From Bacteroidales bacterium (lineage in GTDB: Bacteria > Bacteroidota > Bacteroidia > Bacteroidales > 4484-276), in assembly GCA_014860585.1 (NCBI GenBank), contig JACZJL010000143.1, positions 2,543 through 66,542 on the forward strand: a stretch of DNA of 64,000 nucleotides. The letters run 5' to 3'. Each line of letters starts with the position of its first letter. Position 1 is the stretch's first letter. This document shows positions 38,145 to 48,121 of this stretch, piece by piece. The translations under genes were made by a program, and so were the position numbers. The notes under the pieces were generated by a model. It worked only from the letters and a program-made list of their open reading frames with translations, searched no databases and was not told where the DNA came from.

Positions 38145-39740
38145 ATGAAAAGGAGATATGATTTTCTCATAATTGGCACAGGTATAGCGGGTTTGAGCTA
38201 TGCTTTAAAGGTCGCCGCATCAGGTTCCGTTTGTATTATCAGTAAAGCCGAGGCAAAAGAAACAGCAACGCGCTATGCACAGGGAGGCATTGCAGCGGTA
38301 ATGTACACACCAGATACTTACGAGAAACATATCAACGATACAATGGTGGCCGGTGATGAATTAAATGATCCGAAAATTGTTCGTATTACCATCACCGAGT
38401 CAACTGACCGGATCAAGGATTTGATAGAGTGGGGGGTGGTCTTCGACAAGACTGCTTCCGGGCGTTTCGATCTTGGGCGGGAGGGCGGCCATTCTGAACG
38501 CAGGGTCTTACATCACAAGGACAGCACGGGAATGGAAATTCAGAATGCGTTACTATATGAAGTAAAGCGCCATCCAAATATTCATTTATTCGAAAATCAT
38601 TTTGCAGTAGAAATTATCACCCAGCATCACCTCGGTCAAAAAATTACACGCCGTAGTCCGGACATTGAATGCTACGGAGCTTACGTTTTGGATGTAAAAA
38701 CCAATATTGTTGATTCTATTTTGGCTAAAGTTACCATGTTGTCGACCGGTGGTATTGGCAATGTGTACTCCTCAACAACTAATCCCACTGTAGCCACAGG
38801 AGATGGAATAGCTATGGTTTACAGGGCAAAAGGTTTGGTTGAAAACATGGAGTTTATTCAGTTTCATCCAACAGCACTATACAATCCAAAGGAGAAACCC
38901 AATTTTCTGATTACTGAGGCGCTTCGTGGATTTGGCGCAGTACTAAAAAATTCAAAAGGGCAGGAATTCATGCAAAAATATGATGAGCGTGAGTCTCTCG
39001 CACCGCGGGATATTGTTGCCAGGGCTATTGACACCGAAATGAAAATAAGTGGCTTTGATCATGTATTTCTTGATTGTCGTCATCTGAACAAAGATGATTT
39101 AATCAACCATTTTCCGACAGTTTACGCCAAATGTCTCAGTATCGGGATTGATATTACAACCTCAATGATTCCGGTTGTTCCGGCAGCACATTATATTTGT
39201 GGAGGCATAAAAGTGGATGAATATGGACGCAGTTCTATCAGGAACCTTTATGCCAGTGGAGAATGTGCTTCAACAGGATTACATGGTGCAAACAGACTTG
39301 CTTCAAATTCTTTGCTCGAGTCATTGGTTTTTTCACATAGGGCAGCCATGGATTCTATCCATGTTTTTAAGCAAATACAACTCAACGATCAAATCCCAGA
39401 CTGGTCTTATGAAGGAACTGTTATGAACGAGGAAATGGTGCTTATCACGCAAAGTATTAAGGATTTACAAACGATAATGAGCAGCTATGTTGGAATTGTG
39501 CGTTCAAACCTCAGATTAAAAAGAGCTTTCGACAGGCTCGAAATACTTTACAAAGAAACCGAAGAATTGTTTAAAAAATCAATTCTTTCACAAGATATCT
39601 GTGAGTTAAGAAACCTGATTAATGTTGCCTATCTGATTATTAAAATGGCGATGAACCGCAAAGAGAGCCGCGGTCTTCACTACTCATTGGATTATCCCCG
39701 CCAATTGCCTTCGCTCAATTTACCTCACCCAGAACCTTAA
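38145..39740 (+). CDS. nadB: L-aspartate oxidase
   Basis: 531 aa. FAD motif DFLIIGTGIAGLSYA, plus RYAQGGIAA and HGANRLASNSLLE. nadA and nadC are not adjacent. Confidence 0.88.
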   Translation: MKRRYDFLIIGTGIAGLSYALKVAASGSVCIISKAEAKETATRYAQGGIAAVMYTPDTYEKHINDTMVAGDELNDPKIVRITITESTDRIKDLIEWGVVFDKTASGRFDLGREGGHSERRVLHHKDSTGMEIQNALLYEVKRHPNIHLFENHFAVEIITQHHLGQKITRRSPDIECYGAYVLDVKTNIVDSILAKVTMLSTGGIGNVYSSTTNPTVATGDGIAMVYRAKGLVENMEFIQFHPTALYNPKEKPNFLITEALRGFGAVLKNSKGQEFMQKYDERESLAPRDIVARAIDTEMKISGFDHVFLDCRHLNKDDLINHFPTVYAKCLSIGIDITTSMIPVVPAAHYICGGIKVDEYGRSSIRNLYASGECASTGLHGANRLASNSLLESLVFSHRAAMDSIHVFKQIQLNDQIPDWSYEGTVMNEEMVLITQSIKDLQTIMSSYVGIVRSNLRLKRAFDRLEILYKETEELFKKSILSQDICELRNLINVAYLIIKMAMNRKESRGLHYSLDYPRQLPSLNLPHPEP

Positions 39741-39746
39741 CAACAA

Positions 39747-40490
39747 ATGAACCGGCATCATTTTATTGAGCTCTTAAACGACAATATGTTACTACAGCCG
39801 TCCGAGAACGACCAGTTGAAAGAGATTGTTCAGACTTATCCTTATTTTCAGTCGGCACAGGTTATGTATTTTTTATCCTTGCTTAAGAACGATAACATTC
39901 ATTATCACAACAGGTTAAAGATGGCATCTGCCTACATTGGAGACCGTGGAATATTAAGACAGCAAGTGGAGAAAATTAAAAAGAAGATAAGCTTTAGTGT
40001 TAACCAATTTGACCGCTCAACATTAGAAAATCAGCCTGCTAAAAGCATTTCAGGTAATGATGTAGATGGCACAATTAAACCTTCAGCAACTGATGCGGAT
40101 AACCTTAAGGACGTTTCAACGCTGGATGAAATCGTAAATGTTGAATCAATTATTGGAGTTCAGGACAATAGCCGGTTGACCGGTGAGCTCACAAAGACAG
40201 CAAATCAATCAAAATCTAAAGAAGAATTGATTGATCAGTTCATCGAAAATGCACCACGTATTATCCGCTCTAAGAGCGATTTTTTCGACCCGGATGAAAT
40301 TGCCAAAAGTAGTCAGAAAGATAATGAGCAGATTGTGAGTGAAACACTTGCTCAAATCTACCATAAACAAGGTAAAACGGATAAAGCAATAAAAATTTAT
40401 CGGAAATTAACTGTTACCAATCCGGAAAAAAGTAGTTACTTTGCAGCCCTAATTGAAAAAATTATAAGCGAACAAAACTTAAACACTTGA
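39747..40490 (+). CDS. hypothetical protein with a C-terminal TPR-like helix pair
   Basis: 247 aa. The C-terminus is TLAQIYHKQGKTDKAIKIYRKLTVTNPEKSSYFAALIEKI. It lies directly upstream of secG. Confidence 0.5.
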   Translation: MNRHHFIELLNDNMLLQPSENDQLKEIVQTYPYFQSAQVMYFLSLLKNDNIHYHNRLKMASAYIGDRGILRQQVEKIKKKISFSVNQFDRSTLENQPAKSISGNDVDGTIKPSATDADNLKDVSTLDEIVNVESIIGVQDNSRLTGELTKTANQSKSKEELIDQFIENAPRIIRSKSDFFDPDEIAKSSQKDNEQIVSETLAQIYHKQGKTDKAIKIYRKLTVTNPEKSSYFAALIEKIISEQNLNT

Positions 40491-40494
40491 TAAT

Positions 40495-40866
40495 ATGGGA
40501 CTTTTCATTCTTTTCACAGTAATAATCCTTATCGCAGCAGTACTTATCATTTTGGTGGTTTTGGTACAGAATTCAAAAGGAGGAGGACTTGCATCAAATT
40601 TTGCCAGCTCAAATCAATACATGGGTGTAAGAAAGACCGCCGATTTTCTGGAAAAGTCAACCTGGACTCTTGCAGTGGTAATGCTGGTTTTTGTGTTAGC
40701 CTCTTCGAAAGCAATTCCAAAATACCAAAGTACTGATGTTCAAGCAGTAGAAAGTGAAATTATCGAATCGATCGAGAAAATGCCGGTTCAGGCTACCGAG
40801 CCTTTTGATCCAGGTCAGGCTGAGCAAGGTACTAAAACTGAAGAAGTGCCAGCTGAAGAAAATTAG
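40495..40866 (+). CDS. secG: preprotein translocase subunit SecG
   Basis: 123 aa with two TM helices and the motif VLVQNSKGGGLASNF. Confidence 0.85.
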   Translation: MGLFILFTVIILIAAVLIILVVLVQNSKGGGLASNFASSNQYMGVRKTADFLEKSTWTLAVVMLVFVLASSKAIPKYQSTDVQAVESEIIESIEKMPVQATEPFDPGQAEQGTKTEEVPAEEN

Positions 40867-40898
40867 CATAAAGACATAGAGTGCTTTCGCTTTCCTTG

Positions 40899-40936
40899 AA
40901 TGTCAGAATGTCATAAACGTTCTGACATTTATATTT
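40899..40936 (+). terminator. intrinsic terminator after secG
   Basis: AATGTCAGAA-tgtcataaacg-TTCTGACATT forms a perfect 10-bp stem followed by TATATTTT. Confidence 0.6.
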
Positions 40937-41120
40937 TACCTATCTTCCCTCCCCAGTTTAACGGATACCAATCAAGACTAAATCCCTTAAGGAAAAACCT
41001 AACGATTGTCGGGTCAGACCAAGAAAGTGGTTGTCGTTATCATGACAAGGAATCAAATTCTCACTGACATGATTTCTTATGTCGATTGTCAATCAATGAT
41101 GAATACTGCCTTTTCGTGCT

Positions 41121-41140
41121 TTGGCACAAATTATGATTAG
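41121..41140 (+). promoter_or_regulatory. shared stress-operon motif, copy 2 (TTGGCACAAATTATGATTAG)
   Basis: Lies 54 nt upstream of the groES ATG. No TAnnTTTG box occurs anywhere in the 326-nt groES upstream region. Confidence 0.45.
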
Positions 41141-41193
41141 CCCGCCGCAGTCAATACTGAATAATAATTTAAACATTTTAAAAATTAACAAAT

Positions 41194-41472
41194 ATGACAA
41201 AAGTGAACATCAAACCATTAGCCGACAGGGTTGTGATTGAACCTATGCAGGCCGAGCAAAAAACCGCCGGTGGAATCATTATTCCCGACACAGCAAAAGA
41301 AAAACCACAACGCGGAACTGTTGTGGCTATAGGACCTGGTAAAAAAGATGAACCCCTTACAGTGAAAGTTGGTGATGTTGTTCTTTACGGAAAATATGCC
41401 GGAACGGAGATCAATATCAATAACAACGATTACCTGATCATGAGGGAATCAGACATTGTCGCAATCATCTAA
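41194..41472 (+). CDS. groES: co-chaperonin GroES
   Basis: 92 aa. Motifs [12 protein letters not shown] and [14 protein letters not shown]. Confidence 0.95.
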   Translation: MTKVNIKPLADRVVIEPMQAEQKTAGGIIIPDTAKEKPQRGTVVAIGPGKKDEPLTVKVGDVVLYGKYAGTEININNNDYLIMRESDIVAII

Positions 41473-41512
41473 TCTGGAGTAATTAATTAAAAACAATAAA
41501 AATTTTATCAAA

Positions 41513-43159
41513 ATGGCAAAAGACATCATTTATAATCTCGAAGCGAGGGAAGCATTAAAAAAGGGCGTTGACGCACTATCCAATGCTGTAAAAGTAACAT
41601 TAGGCCCAAAAGGTCGTAATGTGATCATTGACAAATCATTTGGCTCACCAACTGTTACCAAAGACGGTGTTACAGTGGCAAAAGAGGTGGAGTTGAAAAA
41701 TCCTGTGGAAAACATGGGTGCTCAAATGGTAAAAGAAGTTGCATCCAAGACCAATGACCTGGCTGGTGATGGCACAACCACAGCAACTGTTCTTGCCCAA
41801 GCTATTTTTACAGCAGGGATCAAAAACGTGACTGCTGGTGCCAATCCGATGGATCTCAAGAGAGGTCTCGAAAAAGCTGTAATCGCAGTGATTGAACATT
41901 TGAAAAAGCAATCAAAAGAAGTTGGCGACAGCAACCAGATGATTGAACAGGTTGCTTCGATCTCTGCCAACAATGACCATGAAATCGGTAAACTCATTGC
42001 CGAGGCCATGTCGAAAGTAAAAAAAGAAGGTGTAATCACAATCGAACAAGCCAAGGGTACCGATACTTATGTTGACGTTGTGGAAGGGATGCAGTTTGAC
42101 CGTGGTTACATTTCTCCATACTTTGTAACCGATACAGAGAAAATGGAAGCTGTTTATGAGAACCCGTTCATTTTGATTCATGACAAGAAGATTTCTGTTA
42201 TGAAAGACCTTCTGCCAATTCTCGAAAAGGTTGTGCAGACCGGCCGTCCGTTGCTGATCATCGCCGAAGATGTTGAAACTGAAGCACTGGCTACCCTGGT
42301 GGTTAATAAACTCCGTGGTGGGCTGAAGGTTGTGGCTGTGAAAGCTCCGGGATTTGGTGACAGACGAAAAGAGATGCTTGAGGACATCGCTATTCTTACT
42401 GGCGGAACCGTAATTTCGGAAGAAAGAGGTTACAAACTTGAAGATACAACACTCGATTCACTTGGTCATGCTGAGAAGGTTACTATTGATAAAGAAAATA
42501 CGACCATTGTAAGTGGCAAAGGTGAAAAAGCTATGATTGATGGACGAGTTGCCCAGATCAAGAAACAGATTGAATCTACAACTTCGGACTATGACAAAGA
42601 AAAGTTGCAGGAAAGGCTTGCAAAACTTGCCGGTGGCGTTGCAGTGATCTATGTTGGTGCAGCCAGTGAAGTGGAAATGAAAGAGAAAAAAGATCGTTTT
42701 GACGATGCGCTTAATGCAACACGTGCTGCCATTGAAGAAGGAATAATCCCCGGCGGCGGTGTCGGTTATCTGCGTGCCATCTCATCGCTTGATAATCTCA
42801 AAGGTGAAAATGAAGACCAGACAACAGGTATTGCTATCCTCAAGAGAGCGCTTGAGGAGCCGTTGCGCCAGATCGTCGAGAATGCCGGCATGGAGGGTTC
42901 AGTGATTGTGAACAAAGTGAAAGAGGGCAAAGATGACTTTGGTTTCAATGCCCACACCGAAGTTTACGAGAGCCTCTACAAAGCGGGTGTTATTGACCCC
43001 ACTAAAGTTGCCCGTGTAGCGCTTGAAAACGCCGCATCAATTGCCGGAATGTTGCTCACTACCGAATGTGTGCTTGCCGAAAACAAGGACGATAAAGAAT
43101 CAGGAATGCCCGGTGGAATGCCCCCCGGAGGTATGGGCGGCATGGGTGGCATGTACTAA
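41513..43159 (+). CDS. groEL: chaperonin GroEL
   Basis: 548 aa. Motifs [17 protein letters not shown] and EEGIIPGGG, plus a C-terminal GGM repeat tail. Confidence 0.97.
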   Translation: MAKDIIYNLEAREALKKGVDALSNAVKVTLGPKGRNVIIDKSFGSPTVTKDGVTVAKEVELKNPVENMGAQMVKEVASKTNDLAGDGTTTATVLAQAIFTAGIKNVTAGANPMDLKRGLEKAVIAVIEHLKKQSKEVGDSNQMIEQVASISANNDHEIGKLIAEAMSKVKKEGVITIEQAKGTDTYVDVVEGMQFDRGYISPYFVTDTEKMEAVYENPFILIHDKKISVMKDLLPILEKVVQTGRPLLIIAEDVETEALATLVVNKLRGGLKVVAVKAPGFGDRRKEMLEDIAILTGGTVISEERGYKLEDTTLDSLGHAEKVTIDKENTTIVSGKGEKAMIDGRVAQIKKQIESTTSDYDKEKLQERLAKLAGGVAVIYVGAASEVEMKEKKDRFDDALNATRAAIEEGIIPGGGVGYLRAISSLDNLKGENEDQTTGIAILKRALEEPLRQIVENAGMEGSVIVNKVKEGKDDFGFNAHTEVYESLYKAGVIDPTKVARVALENAASIAGMLLTTECVLAENKDDKESGMPGGMPPGGMGGMGGMY

Positions 43160-43180
43160 AATAATAAAACCTCCAATAAT

Positions 43181-43211
43181 AAAAAAAGCTCTCCGTCAGG
43201 AGGGCTTTTTT
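43181..43211. terminator. bidirectional intrinsic terminator between groEL and the convergent kinase gene
   Basis: AAAAAAAGCTCTCC-gtca-GGAGGGCTTTTTT forms an 8-bp stem (one G-U pair) flanked by an A run and a T run. Confidence 0.7.
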
Positions 43212-43232
43212 GATTTAAAGAAGAAAGTTTTA

Positions 43233-45293
43233 CTATTTTTCATTGCTGGCATAATGATCTCCATTGACCGGGATTTTGAATCTTATCAATGTACCTGAGA
43301 ACTCTTCGGATTCAACTTCAATGTAACCACCCATCTCCTTTGCAATTCCGAGAGAAATCGAAAGGCCCAGTCCAGTTCCCTTTCCCAGGGTTTTTGTAGT
43401 GTAAAAAGGCAGGAATATGTTTGTTTTAATCTGGTCAGGAATGCCAATACCATTGTCAATAACCTCCACATTGATGAAACCGGAATCAAGGTAACTTTTT
43501 ACCTTCATTAGTTTGTTAAATGGTTGTTTGGCAATGGAAGCTCTTTCCTCGATAGCATCTTTTGCGTTGTTGAAAAAATTGACCACAACCTGCTCAAATT
43601 TGTATGGATTACCAAGCACCTCCGGGATACTCCGGTCGAGATCAAATTCAACTTTGATCTGGTAATCTGAAAATTTAGTACGTGCCAGTATGAATGCTTT
43701 TTCGATACTTTGGTTCACATCAAAAAGTTCCTGAATTTGCATTTGCTGACCACGGGAAAACTTACTAATCTCGCTGATGATCAATTTAATCCGCTTTATA
43801 TCTTCATGAATATCAATGATGGTTTGGCTAATATAGTGGCGGTTGGGTTCAGCTTCCTGGTTTTCAAGTTGTATGCTTTCTGTGGCAAGTGATATGTTCT
43901 GAAGCGGTTGTTTGATTTCATGAGCAATGCCTGATGCCAGTTCCCCAAGCGAAGTGAGACTTGACTGATGCACAATAACTTGTTGCTGTTCATTCGCTTT
44001 TTTGACCGCGTCTGCAATTTTAATTTCAAGCTGCTTATTTACTTTTTTCTTGATGCGGTACCTCGAGTAAAATATGATCACCAAAGTGAAAACCACAAGT
44101 ATGGTCAGCCAAAAAAAAACTTGTCTTGTTTTTAATGTTTCGATAGCAACACGCTGTTCGAGGATTTCTTTCTCTTTTTTCTCCACCTCATACACGATCT
44201 GCAGGTTTTTAATTTGCATACTTTTTTCAATACTTAGCAGGCTGTCTCTTATCATTGAGGCTGCTTTGTAATATTCTAAAGCCTTCATATAATCCCCAGT
44301 GGATTCGTGCCAAGTGGAAAGATAGGTTTTAGCTTTCTGGATATTCTCTTTCGAGTCGATCAGCTCGGCAAGTTCAAGGGCTTCTTTAAAATGGCTGTAA
44401 CTTTCTGTATACATTTCCATTTTAAGCCGGGCATCACCCATGTTCAGTTTTGAAACAACAATTCCCTGTTTGTTGTCAATAGAATAGTAAAGGGCATTAC
44501 TCTTGTCGAAGTATTGCAATGCTTTATAGAAATCCCCATCCACCAGACTGATTACCCCCAGGTTAGTATAAATGGCGGCTATATTGCTGACATCACCCAT
44601 TCGCTCCTTGATGGGCAATGCTTCGTTGAAGAACTGCCTTGAATGCTCATAGTTCATCATATCCATGCTAATCACACCCAGATTTATAGAAGTGTTAGCG
44701 TAGGAGTTGGTATCGTTCATTCTCTTGTAAATTTCTCTCGACCTGATGTAGTATTCCAGGGCTTTATCATTCTCTTTCAGGTTATTGTAAATATTCCCGA
44801 TATTTAGGTACGAAATGGCAATGCCACGTGTGTTTTCAGTAGCTTCATTGGTTTTCAGCTGATTAAGGTGGTTTTGGAGCGCAAGGTCATAGTAACCCAG
44901 ACGGTTATATACTACCCCAACATTGTTATAGCTGGCGGCAAGTTCATCAGTATTATTAATCTCGATATTAATCCGGAGGGCCATTTTGAAATATTCGAGT
45001 GCATTGGCAAGGTCGCTTTGACGGTAGTATGCTTTTGCTATCTCCTTAGCAGCCGCAGCTATTAGCTTTTTATTCTGCAATTTTTCAGCTATAATCAGTG
45101 CTTCTTTTCCGTATTCAAGTGATTGACTGGCTGATGTTGGCATCTGGTGGCGCGCCAATTCAAGTAAAGCTTCAATACGGGGCTCACCGGCAAATTGATT
45201 GGAGGAGAGTAACCGTTCAAGACTGTCAACAGATGCAGAATAAGTGGCCAGAGAAGATGTAAAAAAAGTAATGATCAATATTACAAATTTCAT
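43233..45293 (-). CDS. TPR-repeat sensor histidine kinase (orphan)
   Basis: 686 aa. The order is signal peptide, about 8 TPR-like repeats, a coiled coil, TM helix VFFWLTILVVFTLVIIFY, H-box LASGIAHEIKQPL, N-box FFNNAKDA and G2 box GTGLGLSI. No response regulator gene is adjacent. Confidence 0.85.
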   Translation of the reverse strand: MKFVILIITFFTSSLATYSASVDSLERLLSSNQFAGEPRIEALLELARHQMPTSASQSLEYGKEALIIAEKLQNKKLIAAAAKEIAKAYYRQSDLANALEYFKMALRINIEINNTDELAASYNNVGVVYNRLGYYDLALQNHLNQLKTNEATENTRGIAISYLNIGNIYNNLKENDKALEYYIRSREIYKRMNDTNSYANTSINLGVISMDMMNYEHSRQFFNEALPIKERMGDVSNIAAIYTNLGVISLVDGDFYKALQYFDKSNALYYSIDNKQGIVVSKLNMGDARLKMEMYTESYSHFKEALELAELIDSKENIQKAKTYLSTWHESTGDYMKALEYYKAASMIRDSLLSIEKSMQIKNLQIVYEVEKKEKEILEQRVAIETLKTRQVFFWLTILVVFTLVIIFYSRYRIKKKVNKQLEIKIADAVKKANEQQQVIVHQSSLTSLGELASGIAHEIKQPLQNISLATESIQLENQEAEPNRHYISQTIIDIHEDIKRIKLIISEISKFSRGQQMQIQELFDVNQSIEKAFILARTKFSDYQIKVEFDLDRSIPEVLGNPYKFEQVVVNFFNNAKDAIEERASIAKQPFNKLMKVKSYLDSGFINVEVIDNGIGIPDQIKTNIFLPFYTTKTLGKGTGLGLSISLGIAKEMGGYIEVESEEFSGTLIRFKIPVNGDHYASNEK

Positions 45294-45414
45294 TTTTAAA
45301 TGTTTTATTTCAAATATTAAGAGTGTAGGATAGAGCAGCGACCTTGTATTTTATGAATAAGGACAAATTTACCATCATTTTGTAAACGGTACTTTGAAAT
45401 TAAAAAATATGCGT

Positions 45415-45422
45415 TAAATTTG
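45415..45422 (+). promoter_or_regulatory. -7 promoter box TAAATTTG upstream of ssb
   Basis: Matches TAnnTTTG, 33 nt upstream of the ATG. Confidence 0.45.
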
Positions 45423-45454
45423 TTGCTCATTATTAACCAATAAATCTTAAAACT

Positions 45455-45886
45455 ATGGCAGGAGTTAATAAAGTTATCCTCGTTGGAAATTTGGGCAAAG
45501 ACCCTGAGGTGTTAACCTTTGAGAACGGAGTAAAGAAAGCTGCATTTTCTCTGGCTACTTCCGAATCCTATAAAGATAAGGATGGCAATAAAGTTGATCA
45601 AACCGAGTGGCACAATGTAGTACTATGGCGCGGACTGGCAGAAATTGCAGAAAAATATTTGCGCAAAGGAAACTCCATCTACCTCGAGGGTAAGATCAAA
45701 ACTCGTTCTTATGAATTAAACGGAGTAAAGAAATACATCACCGAGATCTATGGTGATACAATGCAGATGCTCGGGAAGAAAGAACAGCAGGATGGAGCAC
45801 CTTACCAGCCACAAAATCTTCCCGAAAGAAATATTGAGGAATTACCTCCCCCGGAAGAAGGCCCGACAGATGATCTTCCTTTTTAG
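45455..45886 (+). CDS. ssb: single-stranded DNA-binding protein
   Basis: 143 aa. The OB-fold N-terminus is VNKVILVGNLGKDPE, with WHNVVLW and the acidic C-terminal tip DDLPF. Confidence 0.93.
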   Translation: MAGVNKVILVGNLGKDPEVLTFENGVKKAAFSLATSESYKDKDGNKVDQTEWHNVVLWRGLAEIAEKYLRKGNSIYLEGKIKTRSYELNGVKKYITEIYGDTMQMLGKKEQQDGAPYQPQNLPERNIEELPPPEEGPTDDLPF

Positions 45887-45915
45887 TTCATTTGGCATAG
45901 GTTTGCAGAAAGATG

Positions 45916-45923
45916 TATTTTTG
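45916..45923 (+). promoter_or_regulatory. -7 promoter box TATTTTTG upstream of gldE
   Basis: Matches TAnnTTTG, 44 nt upstream of the TTG start at 45967. Confidence 0.45.
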
Positions 45924-45966
45924 CACCCGCTTCAGTGCTTTTTTGTCTAACTAATTATTTGAAGTT

Positions 45967-47322
45967 TTGGAAGATACAGATAGCGATCCTTATGCGGGTA
46001 CTCTTATGATTGCAGCTGATGTAATATTTCAGCCGCTAAGTTTGCCCGTTGTCATCGGTTTGGTAGTGATGTTGATTCTTATTTTCTGTTCTGCACTCAT
46101 CTCAGGCGCCGAAGTGGCTTTCTTTTCGTTGGGTCCTTCTCAGGTCAAAACAATCCGTTCTGAAAAATTGAAAAACGGTGAAAGCCTTCTTGAGTTGCTT
46201 GAACAACCTAAAAGACTGCTGGCTACCATTTTAATTGCCAACAACTTTGTTAATGTAGCTGTCATCGTTTTATCTACTTTCATTATCTCCGATCTTGTTT
46301 ACCTGGATAGTAATCCTGTGCTAGCATTCCTCCTCCAGATTATTGCAGTTACAGCGCTGTTACTCATTTTTGGTGAAATCATGCCAAAAATCCTTGCTGC
46401 ATCCAGACCCCTGCGATTTGCCCTGATAATGACTACTCCATTCAAATTCCTGATTAATTTCTTTTACCCGTTAAGTACCTTGCTGGTAAAAAGTTCAGGA
46501 ATAGTTGACCGCCGAATCAGCCGGAAAAACAATCAGCTTTCGATGAGTGAACTCTCCCAGGCTATAGAACTCACTTCAAATGACAACTCACCAGTAGAGG
46601 AACGCAAAATACTGAAAGGGATAGTTAAATTTGGTGAAATTGAAGCCAAGGAAATCATGAAACCGCGCCTCGATGTTACTGCTACTGATATTTCGATAAC
46701 ATATCACAAACTCCTCAAAATTATCCTCAATTCAGGTTACTCCCGAATCCCTGTCTATAGGGAAAACTTTGATCAGATTGTCGGGATTCTTTATGTTAAA
46801 GACCTGCTTCCACATCTCGAAAAACCTGACAACTTTGATTGGGCCAGCCTGCTCCGACCTGCCTTCTTTGTCCCTGAAACAAAAAAAATCAATTACCTGC
46901 TCCAGGATTTCCAAAAGAAAAAAATTCACCTTGCCGTTGTTGTCGATGAATACGGTGGTACCTCAGGAATCGTGACTCTCGAAGATATCATTGAAGAGAT
47001 TGTTGGCGACATCAGTGATGAGTTTGATACCCTGGAGGATGAAGTAAGCTATTCAAAAATAGATGATTACACTTATCTTTTCGAAGGGAAAACCCTGCTA
47101 AACGACTTTTGTAAGATTATTAATATTGAGGATTCAATTTTTGAAGATATCCAAGGTGATCCTGATACCCTTGCTGGATTGATCATCGAATTGGAAGGTC
47201 GAATCCCTAAATTGAACAATAGTACTAAATTTCAGCAATTTGAGTTTAAAATAACGAAAGTTGATAACCGGCGAATCCTTCAAATCCAGGTAAACTTGCC
47301 GAAAGCAAAAGTTATTAAGTAA
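45967..47322 (+). CDS. gldE: CNNM/HlyC-CorC family membrane protein with CBS pair, GldE-like
   Basis: About 451 aa. An N-terminal DUF21-type TM block (SGAEVAFFSL) is followed by a CBS pair and a CorC_HlyC C-terminal domain. The ssb-gldE-gldD order matches the Flavobacterium johnsoniae gld locus. The start is uncertain (TTG 45967 or ATG 46006). Confidence 0.65.
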   Translation: MEDTDSDPYAGTLMIAADVIFQPLSLPVVIGLVVMLILIFCSALISGAEVAFFSLGPSQVKTIRSEKLKNGESLLELLEQPKRLLATILIANNFVNVAVIVLSTFIISDLVYLDSNPVLAFLLQIIAVTALLLIFGEIMPKILAASRPLRFALIMTTPFKFLINFFYPLSTLLVKSSGIVDRRISRKNNQLSMSELSQAIELTSNDNSPVEERKILKGIVKFGEIEAKEIMKPRLDVTATDISITYHKLLKIILNSGYSRIPVYRENFDQIVGILYVKDLLPHLEKPDNFDWASLLRPAFFVPETKKINYLLQDFQKKKIHLAVVVDEYGGTSGIVTLEDIIEEIVGDISDEFDTLEDEVSYSKIDDYTYLFEGKTLLNDFCKIINIEDSIFEDIQGDPDTLAGLIIELEGRIPKLNNSTKFQQFEFKITKVDNRRILQIQVNLPKAKVIK

Positions 47323-47330
47323 ATTCAAAC

Positions 47331-47918
47331 ATGTCCACAGCCAAGTCTTTCACTATCACTTTACTTTTATCGGTCTTTTTTTGTATTTCCTGTACCGACA
47401 ATTCTTACTTCCCACGACCTTCCGGTTATCTCCGGATTGATCTTCCCCAGGCAGCTTACCAACGATTTGACACTACTTTTCCATACTCATTTGACTATTC
47501 CAACTTTGCCCGAATTGAATTTGAAAACGACCCGCAAAGTGACCCTTTTTGGATCAACATTTCTTACCCGCGTTTTAATGGAAAGATCCATATGAGTTAC
47601 AAGGACCTTGCACACCATGATCTGTACACTCTGCATGAGGATGCCCGCAATTTCGTTTACAGACATGCCTCCAAGGCTATTGGCATCCGCGAGTCTATTG
47701 TTACTTTAACCAAGTCCAATACCTTTGGAATGGTATATTTTATTGATGGTAAAGATGCCGCTTCCCCTTTTCAATTTTGGGTAACCGATAGTGTAAATCA
47801 TTTCGTCAGAGGAGCTCTGTATTTCAACCTTTTACCCAACAACGACTCCTTAAAGCCGGTGATTGATTTTATAGTGAATGACGTAGATCATATGCTGGCA
47901 ACTTTTCAATGGAAGTAG
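47331..47918 (+). CDS. gldD: gliding-motility lipoprotein GldD-like
   Basis: 195 aa with a lipoprotein signal (FFCISC). The mature N-terminus FPRPSGYLRIDLP resembles GldD, and the gene lies immediately downstream of gldE. Confidence 0.6.
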   Translation: MSTAKSFTITLLLSVFFCISCTDNSYFPRPSGYLRIDLPQAAYQRFDTTFPYSFDYSNFARIEFENDPQSDPFWINISYPRFNGKIHMSYKDLAHHDLYTLHEDARNFVYRHASKAIGIRESIVTLTKSNTFGMVYFIDGKDAASPFQFWVTDSVNHFVRGALYFNLLPNNDSLKPVIDFIVNDVDHMLATFQWK

Positions 47919-48043
47919 GTGTAAAACAGATTAAAAATTTTATATTTGTCAAGCGTTAACAGGTAGCATGTTTTGTCTCCTTACAATTTAATTAATCAAA
48001 GCGGGATTTTTATCAGGTAAAATAATAGAAGATGTAATTTGTT

Positions 48044-48051
48044 TACATTTG
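48044..48051 (+). promoter_or_regulatory. -7 promoter box TACATTTG upstream of the decarboxylase gene
   Basis: Matches TAnnTTTG, 71 nt upstream of the GTG start. Confidence 0.4.
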
Positions 48052-48121
48052 CATTTTTGAACTAATGTAAGTAAGTTACTTCTACGCTTTAATTTCTAAT
48101 TATTCAAAAACATTTATTGAA

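Noticed and set aside
40995-41095. Apparent enrichment of TGTC/GACA words upstream of groES (CGATTGTC twice; TTGTC-N8-GACAA at 41031-41048)
   Set aside because: The arms are only 4-5 bp, the spacing is irregular, and I have no second locus for comparison. I cannot distinguish this from chance by eye.
40940-41193. CIRCE (TTAGCACTC-N9-GAGTGCTAA) heat-shock operator upstream of groES, and upstream of grpE at 7268-7397
   Set aside because: No match to either half-site in either region, and no hrcA gene next to grpE.
44111-44119. Homopolymer tracts inside coding regions (A9 at 44111-44119, A9 at 60461-60469, A8 at 56052-56059) as possible slipped-strand phase-variation switches
   Set aside because: The tracts are short and encode ordinary Lys/Phe runs within otherwise intact single-copy genes. 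No associated invertase or alternative frame is present.
45893-45907. Sigma-54-like sequence TGGCATAGGTTTGCA between ssb and gldE
   Set aside because: The GG-to-GC spacing is one nucleotide shorter than the canonical TGGCAC-N5-TTGC. A good TAnnTTTG box (45916-45923) already explains gldE transcription.
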